Shown one piece after another: positions 56,612 to 64,000 of a DNA stretch of 64,000 nt (position 1 is the first letter of the stretch; every line of letters begins with the position of its first letter). This DNA is from Coprobacillus sp. CAG:826 (GTDB taxonomy: Bacteria; Bacillota_I; Bacilli_A; RFN20; CAG-826), in contig FR897046.1 of assembly GCA_000437235.1 (NCBI GenBank), forward strand, positions 155,664 through 219,663, in the 5' to 3' direction. The position numbers and the translations under genes are program-made. The notes under the pieces are model-generated. The model did not search any database, was not told where the DNA came from, and was given only the letters and a program-made list of their open reading frames with translations.

Positions 56612-56960
56612 TCTGTTACCTCTCATTGTGGGATTTTTATTCATCCACTTACTTGTAAAAACATGAGAAAATTTTTAGCTGTTTTTGGGCTTGCTTTTTC
56701 TTTCAATTTTCACGAGAAAAATAATAAAGAAAATGAAACAAAAAATCAACGTTTTTTTTTAAAATTTTTTTCACCCTCTTTTTTTAACGCTTTTTTTGCA
56801 AATCAAAATATTGAAAAAAGTCCGATAAACACTGGATTTTTTCATGTTTTTTTAGTTCATTTTTTCTTTAAAAATTTTTTTGTCTTTTTCTTGTTATTTT
56901 CTTTTCATTTTGCTACACTAAATCGAGAACAAAAAAGCAAGAAAAAAGGGAGGAAAAATT

Positions 56961-57941
56961 ATGAAGAAAAAATTAGGTACATTTTTATTCATTATTTCTA
57001 GCATTTTTTCATTATCAAGTTGCCAAGATAAAAAGGATAAAATCATCATTGAAAGAGAAGAAAATATTACTGACTTCATTAAGCTTTCTTCTACCGATTA
57101 TGGGACAATGATTCGAAATAAGCGTAGTTTTATTTTAACTTATGGTAGTCAATGTGTATGCTACACAAATTTTAAAGACGTATTGCGTAACATTATGAAG
57201 AATAATGACCTTCGTATGTATGAAATGAATATTAATGATCTTGATAAAGTGGTTTCTTATAAAGAAGTTAAGACATATGATCCTGGACTTCTTCTAGTGC
57301 AAAATGGCATTATTCAATATAGTTTTGATGTTAATAAAAAATGGGAAAAAGAAATCTATGCTTCGGACATGAATAAAGCCGCTCAATCCGTTAAAAAAAA
57401 TCTAGAAAAATATTGCTATTTTAACAGCCCCTTCTATGAAGTCAATAAAGAAAAAGCATTAGAAAAAATTAATAGTAAAGAAACCGTCTATATTTATTAC
57501 ATGAGGAATACTTGCTCTGATTGTAAATTATTTCATCGCTACTTCTTGAACGATTGGATTTTAAAGGGACAATACGATCCAACGAAAAAGATTTACAATT
57601 TCGATATTGACCCCTATCGTGAAGTTGACGAAGCATACAATGAAACGGAATCTTATATTGAGTTTAAGAACACTTTTCAACTCTCCGTTGCTGGTAATCC
57701 TCATTTTGGTTATAAAACCGGCGTAGTCCCAACTGTTCAAAAATACGAAAATGGTCAATTAATAAAAATGGCGGTAATTTATAACGATGATATAAATATG
57801 GAAAACATGACCGTTGTATCAGGTTATTATAAAGATGCCCCATTCTTAAATAAAGGTTTTGAGGATGAGTTAGACTATCGACAAAGTACTACTCCCTTCT
57901 ATCAAGAAAAATTTTTAGAAGTCATTGACGAAAAAAAGTGA
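56961..57941 (+). CDS. Lipoprotein with two thioredoxin-like halves (CxC and CxxC)
   Basis: Lipobox LSSC. The first half has GSQCVCYTNF and the second has RNTCSDCKLF. The fold assignment is my inference only. Confidence 0.55.
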   Translation: MKKKLGTFLFIISSIFSLSSCQDKKDKIIIEREENITDFIKLSSTDYGTMIRNKRSFILTYGSQCVCYTNFKDVLRNIMKNNDLRMYEMNINDLDKVVSYKEVKTYDPGLLLVQNGIIQYSFDVNKKWEKEIYASDMNKAAQSVKKNLEKYCYFNSPFYEVNKEKALEKINSKETVYIYYMRNTCSDCKLFHRYFLNDWILKGQYDPTKKIYNFDIDPYREVDEAYNETESYIEFKNTFQLSVAGNPHFGYKTGVVPTVQKYENGQLIKMAVIYNDDINMENMTVVSGYYKDAPFLNKGFEDELDYRQSTTPFYQEKFLEVIDEKK

Positions 57942-57961
57942 GGTTTTGCCTCACTTTTTTG
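57931..57961. terminator. Terminator hairpin shared by convergent genes
   Basis: 7-bp stem AGTGAGG/CCTCACT with A- and T-runs. It overlaps the 3' end of the amidase gene. Confidence 0.55.
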
Positions 57962-58667
57962 CATAATTGTTTACGATATATAGCACAAGTGTATTCGTTA
58001 ACTCAGTTGCAATTTCTTCATGATGGTTAACGATATAATTAGCTTCTTCTAAACGATCATGAAATAGAATTTCCATTAGCGCAACATGATCTGCAGTGGC
58101 GTTTTTAATTTCATATAAGTGGTTTCCATCTTTTACACCACGAGAAGAAAAAGGCAAAGCATCAGCTAAATGCTCTTGTAAAAATTGACCAAAACCATCC
58201 GCTTTCTTTTGATAAGTTTCAAAGCCACTTCCGCCACCAGCATTAGAATGAAGCGCAAGATGGATATCTCTTTTCTTTTGATTACTTTGTTTCACAGAAT
58301 TAGATAATGATAAATAATTTAAATTGGCTTCCACATCAATAAATTGATATTGTTGTAATTTTGCATACATAAGCTCTGCTATCTTATTCATATGCTCTGC
58401 TTCGGTTCCTAGCTGATTCGCATAAGAATTCCATGTTTGCACAGAAGGATTCAAATAGATGGATACTGTATCAATTTCTAACGTTTCTTTTTCAGCCAAT
58501 GCATTTGCCTTTATCTCAATAATTGATTTGAATTCATCAAAAGTAAAATGCTCATTGAAATGAATTTCTTTTTTACTCTTAATGGATGAGCCTGAGAATA
58601 ATAAAGAAAAAAGTAACAGGAAAGTAAAGCGACTTCTTTTCTTTCTACGTTCTATATTTGTGTTCAT
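57951..58667 (-). CDS. N-acetylmuramoyl-L-alanine amidase (Amidase_3, CwlD-like)
   Basis: DIHLALHSNAGGGSGFETY is a zinc-amidase motif. There is an N-terminal signal or anchor. The ATG at 58667 has AAGGAGG upstream. Confidence 0.8.
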   Translation of the reverse strand: MNTNIERRKKRSRFTFLLLFSLLFSGSSIKSKKEIHFNEHFTFDEFKSIIEIKANALAEKETLEIDTVSIYLNPSVQTWNSYANQLGTEAEHMNKIAELMYAKLQQYQFIDVEANLNYLSLSNSVKQSNQKKRDIHLALHSNAGGGSGFETYQKKADGFGQFLQEHLADALPFSSRGVKDGNHLYEIKNATADHVALMEILFHDRLEEANYIVNHHEEIATELTNTLVLYIVNNYAKK

Positions 58668-58747
58668 CGTTTTTTCCTCCTTTTTGTACATTTATACTAG
58701 CAGAAAGCCCATATTTAATCTACAAGTTGTGGCTGGATAAAAATGCC

Positions 58748-58777
58748 AAAAAAGAAGTTGCCTTTTTAGACAACTTC
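58748..58777 (-). terminator. Terminator of the collagen-like gene
   Basis: 7-bp stem GAAGTTG/CAACTTC followed by TTTTTT on the minus strand. Confidence 0.65.
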
Positions 58778-58785
58778 TCAATTTT

Positions 58786-59397
58786 TTAAAGTTTAGTAAT
58801 AACTAATACTGCGTTAGTGGTGCCGCTATTTAGCGTTAAAGTTCCAGTAACCGCTACTACAATGAGTTCAATTGTTGTACCAGCAGTTAAGTTTAAAACG
58901 GTTTGGTAATTGGTAATGAAACGACCATCACTTATTGCCGTAGTAGTTTGCGCATTGTTGGTTCCATTAATTCTTAATCCAATCGTAGCAGTAGTCGCAC
59001 TATTAGCGGAAACCATATAATCAATGCGATATAAGCCCGCTTCGATAATAGTTGCTATATTATTAGCAAAGTTAATGTTTTGATTTCCTACTAAAGTTAA
59101 TGGGATTACCGTATCTGCCGCTGTTATCGTCTGTGCAGTTTGATTTTGTGCATCGATATATGTGGGTGTCACAGCAGTTCCTGGTTCTCCTTGAGGAATC
59201 GTAAAGTTTAAAATCGCATTTTGGGCGGTTCCTGTATTCGTTACAGTTGCGGCAGTACCTGGCGCACCTGTCGTAGTGGTCCCAATTGTAATGGTGGCAT
59301 TTTCCCCTGCTACACCCTGTGGCCCTTGCGCTCCAGTAGGACCTCTTAAGCCATAACAACAACCACAGTTTTGGTTATAATAACACACGAATTGCAT
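58786..59397 (-). CDS. BclA-type protein: Cys-rich N-terminus, a very short collagen-like GXY run and a C-terminal beta-rich domain
   Basis: 203 aa. MQFVCYYNQNCGCCYG, then GLRGPTGAQGPQGVAGEN, then T/G-rich segments (GAPGTAATVTNTGT, QGEPGT), then a domain of about 125 aa like the exosporium BclA C-terminus as I recall it. Confidence 0.6.
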   Translation of the reverse strand: MQFVCYYNQNCGCCYGLRGPTGAQGPQGVAGENATITIGTTTTGAPGTAATVTNTGTAQNAILNFTIPQGEPGTAVTPTYIDAQNQTAQTITAADTVIPLTLVGNQNINFANNIATIIEAGLYRIDYMVSANSATTATIGLRINGTNNAQTTTAISDGRFITNYQTVLNLTAGTTIELIVVAVTGTLTLNSGTTNAVLVITKL

Positions 59398-59502
59398 CTT
59401 CCTTTCTGGTTATTTTATGTTTATGCATTTCGTTATTTTTGCTAATTTATTCTTAGAAAAATGGGTTATTGCTATAATAAAATGTGTTTTTATCCTTGGA
59501 GT

Positions 59503-60786
59503 TTATTGCTTTACACTATTTTGAATTCTTTCAGTAATCTTTTGACATCTTTCATAAAGTGCTTCTACATCTTCACCAATATGGAAGGTACCATTTTCAT
59601 ATAAAATCTTACCATGTACCATGGTTAAAATAACGTTTTGTTTTGAACCACTATAAACGATGTTTTTTTCAATATGATTAATGGGCTGCATATTGGGTTG
59701 ATGTAAATCAATCATGATGATATCCGCTTCTTTGTTGATATCTAAAACATCAGCGTCATATAAGCCCATGGCATGTGCTCCACCAACAGTAGCCATTTTT
59801 AAAACGTCGATAGCGTCCATAGCGCTTGCATCTTGTAAAGAAAGCTTCTGCAATCCAGTAACTAAAAACATTTCTCTAAACATATCTAAAGCATTATTAC
59901 TCGCCGGTCCATCGGTACCAATGGCTAAGTTTAAACCATATTTTTGCATTTCAACAATTGGTGCAATACCGCTTGCTAACTTCGTATTAGAACCTGGACA
60001 AGTAATCACAGAAACATGTTTTTCTTTTAAAATTTCTAAATCATGAGGGGTCATACTTACACAGTGATAGCAACCACCGCCATAATCAAATAAGCCCAAA
60101 TCATCAAATAATTCCGTTGGTGTTTTTTGATAACGAGATTTACATCCTTCGACCTCATGAGGCGTTTCACTTGAATGCGTAAATACTGGCTCATGAAGTT
60201 CATGAGATAATTTTGATAATTCTTCTAAAATCTTATAGTCCGTTGTATATTCCGCATGAAAACCTAATCGGTATTGAATTAAAGGCGAAAGATGGTTGAG
60301 TAACTGATAGTTTTCTTTCATAATACTCACCGACTCTGTAAAGTTATTCACGCAACCTAGAATTACGGTTTTAAAGCCAGTATCTATGGAAGCTTTAGCA
60401 ATCATATGGGGTTGCATGTACATATCAAAGTTAGCGGTAATTCCACTCGTTAAATATTCTAAAATGGCAATTTTGGAAAGTTCATAAATATCATTAGGTG
60501 TTAATAGGTCTTCTAAAGGAAAAACTTTATGAAATAGCCACTCATTTAAAGGTAAATCATCAGCGTAACTTCTAAGAAAGGTCATCGCAGAATGCGTATG
60601 GGCGTTTTTAAATCCAGGCATTAAAAGATTACCCTTACAATCAATGGTGCGATCAAAAGCTTCATCCGTATTTCTTGCTGGTCCCACATACGTAATTAAA
60701 TGGTCTTTAACCTCTAATTCACCAAAATAAATTGGTTCATTTTCTTTCATCGTTAAAATGCGTGCATTAACAAAACGGATTTTCAT
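59503..60786 (-). CDS. mtaD: Amidohydrolase, 5-methylthioadenosine/S-adenosylhomocysteine deaminase family
   Basis: PGFKNAHTHSAMT and GTDG motifs. About 427 aa. The ATG at 60786 has GGTGG upstream. Confidence 0.7.
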   Translation of the reverse strand: MKIRFVNARILTMKENEPIYFGELEVKDHLITYVGPARNTDEAFDRTIDCKGNLLMPGFKNAHTHSAMTFLRSYADDLPLNEWLFHKVFPLEDLLTPNDIYELSKIAILEYLTSGITANFDMYMQPHMIAKASIDTGFKTVILGCVNNFTESVSIMKENYQLLNHLSPLIQYRLGFHAEYTTDYKILEELSKLSHELHEPVFTHSSETPHEVEGCKSRYQKTPTELFDDLGLFDYGGGCYHCVSMTPHDLEILKEKHVSVITCPGSNTKLASGIAPIVEMQKYGLNLAIGTDGPASNNALDMFREMFLVTGLQKLSLQDASAMDAIDVLKMATVGGAHAMGLYDADVLDINKEADIIMIDLHQPNMQPINHIEKNIVYSGSKQNVILTMVHGKILYENGTFHIGEDVEALYERCQKITERIQNSVKQ

Positions 60787-60877
60787 AAACATCCACCTTT
60801 CTTTTTAAGAATTTTAACATATTTGTAACAAATTAAAAAGAAGAAAAGCCTAACTTACTGCTCTTCTTCTCTTTTCT

Positions 60878-61531
60878 TTATTTCTTTAATATATCTAAAA
60901 TCTCTTTTGGATTATCAACAATATAATCCGCTTTGCATGCTTGAAGAACTTGACGCGTTCTAAAGCCCCAAAGCACACCAATCTTATCGATTTTTGCATT
61001 GGTTGCGGTTAACATATCTACATCAGAATCACCCACAAAGATGCAATCTTTGGGTTCCACTTTTAAATCACGCATGATTTCAAATAAAGCAGTGGGATTG
61101 GGTTTAATTGGAACGCCTTCTCTTTGTCCTAAAACAACATTAAATAAATGTAATCCGTAATAGTGATCAACCACTCGTAAGGTATCTTGATGCGGCTTGT
61201 TGGATAAAAGACCAATTAAAATATTTTCTCTTTGAATTTCTTTTAAAGCATCAATCATGCCATCATAAGGACAAGTTTTTATCGATTGACGAACGGTATA
61301 TTCTTTCATATACACGTCCAACACTCTTTTCTTTTGCTCGTCGGTACAATCTAAACCTTTGGTGGCGCGTTCCACCATAATTTTAACACCGCTTCCAACG
61401 AAAGCTTTCGTTTCTTCTACACCATGTGTAGGTAAATTTTCACTTGCTAATGCGATATTTAAAGAGTCTGTAATATCTTCAATCGTATTTAATAGCGTTC
61501 CGTCTAAATCAAAAATAATGGCTTTATACAT
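60878..61531 (-). CDS. HAD-family phosphatase (phosphoglycolate phosphatase-like)
   Basis: IIFDLDGTLLNT motif I, LLSNK motif II, GDSDVD motif IV. Confidence 0.75.
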   Translation of the reverse strand: MYKAIIFDLDGTLLNTIEDITDSLNIALASENLPTHGVEETKAFVGSGVKIMVERATKGLDCTDEQKKRVLDVYMKEYTVRQSIKTCPYDGMIDALKEIQRENILIGLLSNKPHQDTLRVVDHYYGLHLFNVVLGQREGVPIKPNPTALFEIMRDLKVEPKDCIFVGDSDVDMLTATNAKIDKIGVLWGFRTRQVLQACKADYIVDNPKEILDILKK

Positions 61532-61536
61532 ATTTA

Positions 61537-64000
61537 TCACTCCGTTCTTAATGCGATAACTGGATCTTTCTTTGCTGCCATGGAAGCAGGAATAAGTCCA
61601 CTAATAAAGGTTAGCACCATACTAATTAAAAGTAAAATCAAAGCGTGTAAAGGATTTAAAATTGCTAGATTCATCGTCAAGCTTGGACCGGCTAAATTAC
61701 GGATGATTAAATTAATGGGGAAACACAAGATAAACGCTACAAACACACCTAGTAAGCCCGCCACAAAGCCAATGAGAAGCGTTTCAGCATTGAAGACACT
61801 AGAGACATCTTGCTTTCTTGCTCCTAAAGAACGTAATACACCAATTTCCTTTGTTCTTTCTATAACTGAAACATAAGTAATAATTCCAATCATAATAGAA
61901 GAGACCACTAAAGAAATCGCAGTAAACGCAATCAAAACATAGCTTATAATATCTATTAATTGTCCAATCGTCGATGAAAATACACCCGCTGCATCGGTAT
62001 AAACAATTTTTTGTCCTTTATGCGTATCTCCTTCATTCCACGCATCTAAATATTGATTCACTTGTCGTTTTGCAGGAAAACTCTTCGGATAGATAATAAT
62101 CGAGGAAGGCACATCACTTGCACCAATCTGTTGTTTAGCACTTTCTAAAACATAATCAGTTAAGAAACTCGCGCTTGGTTGATCTCCAGTAATATATGCA
62201 CTATATAATGATGTCATCACAAGCGTTGGAATTTTATAAGCATTTCCTCCATTTTTTTCAATAATTTCTTTAAACTGTGTATTTGATTCATAAATGTCTT
62301 TATAATCACCAAATAGATACATGCGATTATTATTTTGTTTATTCGCAATTTGGGATGCTTTGGCGTTATTTATGAATGTTTGTGTTAAAGAAGGAAGATA
62401 AAGAATTCCTGTATTAAATAAATCTAAAGGCGATTCTTCATTTAATCGTAACACACCCACAATTTTTAAAGTCATATCTTCATCAGTTTCATAATGAATG
62501 GATTGATAATAGTTTGCTAAATCATTGGTGACATTTTCATTGTATTTTGCGGGTAAATAATAAGAAGCCTCTCCACTAGAAGAAATGTCTTGAGGTTCAT
62601 AATACTGATCGTTAGGAATCACTTTAAATTCCACACCTGGTTTAGTTTCATCTTGGTAAATTAAATCAGCAAAAGAAATCGTAGAAAGGTTTTTGCCTTC
62701 TTCATCTAAATAATTAAGTCCTAATGCTTTTAAAGTATTTACATTAATACGATTCTTTTGATCCACGATTAGTGCCACTTCATTTTGGTTCTTCGGATAG
62801 TTTCCATAAATCACATCATAAGTATCTTGAATAAAACTTGTATTATCCATAGCTTCCTGGAACACAGTTGATGAAGTTCCCGTGAACATTTCCGTCATGC
62901 TCGGCGAGGAGGAAGAGGATGAGGAAAAATCAACAAATGTATATTTATTGCAATGTTTAGAAATAATGTTCATTCCTCCTGCGTAAGAGAATTGAATGCT
63001 ATTGGTTAAACGATTGTCATCACTTTTTGCAAGGTCTTTTTCATAAAAATCTTTGACATAATCCACATATTCTTTATCAATTAAGTTCATATGAATAGCC
63101 TGTGCTGCTGTTTCTGTAGGATCATAAATATGTAATTGATCATCATCAGGAAATTTATCTTGATTTTGATTCGTAGAAGGCACCATATTTTCCATTGCAG
63201 AATAATCCGCAGCAAAACGAGAAATCGTAACTGGGTAGCCACTTAACATATCATTTTGCATCTTATTTACATAGTTCGTAAAGCCATTACTGACGGATAA
63301 CACTAAGGCAATACCAATAATACCAATACTTCCAGCAAAGGAAATCATGAAAGTTCTTCCTTTTTTCGTTAATAAGTTTTTAAAAGAAAGAGATAAAGCC
63401 GTTAAAAAAGACATTTTTGCATCTTTTACTTTTCTAGTTTCTTCTTTTATTTCTTCTATTTGATAAGGATTAGAATCATCTTTTAATTCGCCGTCTAATA
63501 AACGAACAATTCTTGTAGCGTATTGATAAGCTAAATCTGGGTTATGAGTAACCATAATGACAAGGCATTCTTTAGAGATTTCTTTTAGAATTTCCATGAC
63601 TTGCACACTAGTTTCGGAATCTAAAGCACCGGTAGGTTCATCCGCTAAAATGATATGTGGTTCATTAACGATTGCTCGAGCAATCGCAACTCTTTGCATT
63701 TGGCCACCGGATAATTGATTAGGAAGTTTACGAAGTTGATCTTCAAGACCCACTCTTTTTAAAGCTTCAATCGCTCTTCTTTTTCTTTCTTCTTTTTTTA
63801 TGCCTGAAATCGTAAGTGATAATTCAACATTTTCTAAAACAGTTAAATGTGGAATTAAATTGTAACTTTGGAAAACGAAACCAATTTCATGATTACGATA
63901 AGTATCCCAATCTTTATCTTTATATTTTTTCGTGCTGATTCCATTAATCAATAAATCACCCGTCGTATATCGATCTAAACCACCCACAATATTAAGAAGT
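61537..64000 (-). CDS. Fused ABC transporter, ATPase plus MacB/FtsX-type permease. The N-terminus lies beyond the window edge.
   Basis: LSGGQMQRVAIARA and ILADEPTGALD motifs, then TM, a large extracytoplasmic domain and the FtsX 3-TM C-terminus. The frame stays open to nt 64000 (...LLNIVGGLD). The stop is TGA at 61539-61537. Confidence 0.85.
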   Translation of the reverse strand, partial: LLNIVGGLDRYTTGDLLINGISTKKYKDKDWDTYRNHEIGFVFQSYNLIPHLTVLENVELSLTISGIKKEERKRRAIEALKRVGLEDQLRKLPNQLSGGQMQRVAIARAIVNEPHIILADEPTGALDSETSVQVMEILKEISKECLVIMVTHNPDLAYQYATRIVRLLDGELKDDSNPYQIEEIKEETRKVKDAKMSFLTALSLSFKNLLTKKGRTFMISFAGSIGIIGIALVLSVSNGFTNYVNKMQNDMLSGYPVTISRFAADYSAMENMVPSTNQNQDKFPDDDQLHIYDPTETAAQAIHMNLIDKEYVDYVKDFYEKDLAKSDDNRLTNSIQFSYAGGMNIISKHCNKYTFVDFSSSSSSSPSMTEMFTGTSSTVFQEAMDNTSFIQDTYDVIYGNYPKNQNEVALIVDQKNRINVNTLKALGLNYLDEEGKNLSTISFADLIYQDETKPGVEFKVIPNDQYYEPQDISSSGEASYYLPAKYNENVTNDLANYYQSIHYETDEDMTLKIVGVLRLNEESPLDLFNTGILYLPSLTQTFINNAKASQIANKQNNNRMYLFGDYKDIYESNTQFKEIIEKNGGNAYKIPTLVMTSLYSAYITGDQPSASFLTDYVLESAKQQIGASDVPSSIIIYPKSFPAKRQVNQYLDAWNEGDTHKGQKIVYTDAAGVFSSTIGQLIDIISYVLIAFTAISLVVSSIMIGIITYVSVIERTKEIGVLRSLGARKQDVSSVFNAETLLIGFVAGLLGVFVAFILCFPINLIIRNLAGPSLTMNLAILNPLHALILLLISMVLTFISGLIPASMAAKKDPVIALRTE

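Noticed and set aside
56663-57001. 112-aa + strand ORF in the potA/lipoprotein intergenic region, plus phased T-tracts
   Set aside because: The translation is F/K/N-rich low complexity generated by poly-T/poly-A runs, and no RBS is present. The region is better explained as a curved, AT-rich divergent promoter region. I could not assign specific -35/-10 boxes with confidence.
59072-59362. 96-aa alternative-frame ORF inside the collagen-like gene
   Set aside because: It is on the same strand but in a different frame, and it is Cys/Arg-rich as expected from frame-shifted GXY/T-rich coding. The frame giving GXY triplets and the BclA-like domain is the coherent one.
59398-59502. Possible sporulation sigma-K-type promoter (CATAAAATA about 20 nt upstream of the collagen-like gene start)
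   Set aside because: The -10-like match is short and expected by chance in AT-rich DNA. I could not find a properly spaced AC -35 element.

Overview
AT-rich, densely coding chromosomal core segment of a low-GC Firmicute. The gene order, the Mollicutes-style enlarged Opp/Pot transporters and the spore-associated genes suggest the Erysipelotrichia/Coprobacillaceae neighbourhood, but that placement is inference only. Almost every gene is on the minus strand. Recognisable blocks, by coordinate: a partial FAD oxidoreductase and a dapA-like gene; a DUF4143-type AAA ATPase islet; pnp, rpsO, ribF and truB; the rimP-nusA-ylxR-ylxQ-infB-rbfA operon; oppABCDF; rimO; typA; the Leloir operon galM-galT-galE-galK; an SPFH plus RHH pair; three tRNA clusters and one lone tRNA (12 intact tRNAs plus one hybrid); rubrerythrin; a D-aminoacylase-like gene; udp; potABCD; a cell-wall amidase; a BclA/collagen-like protein; mtaD; a HAD phosphatase; and a partial MacB-type ABC transporter. 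I found no transposase, integrase, prophage, CRISPR array, rRNA or canonical defence system. I cannot point to a clear multi-gene novel system. The leads worth a second look are single genes or gene pairs: (1) a free-standing 91-aa protein whose C-terminus matches the glycyl-radical loop of class III ribonucleotide reductase, with its own promoter and terminator; (2) a hybrid tRNA, the Gly(UCC) 5' part fused to an exact 37-nt copy of the tRNA-Asp 3' end; (3) an orphan MazF/PemK-like protein with an N-terminal extension and no antitoxin gene; (4) an overlapping pair of doubly anchored lipoproteins of unknown function; (5) a membrane protein with a tandemly duplicated unknown domain; (6) an ATC-hydrolase-family gene interrupted by one in-frame TAA; (7) very large insertions inside the OppD and OppF ATPase cores. 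All functional calls come from reading motifs in the supplied translations. No database search was run.
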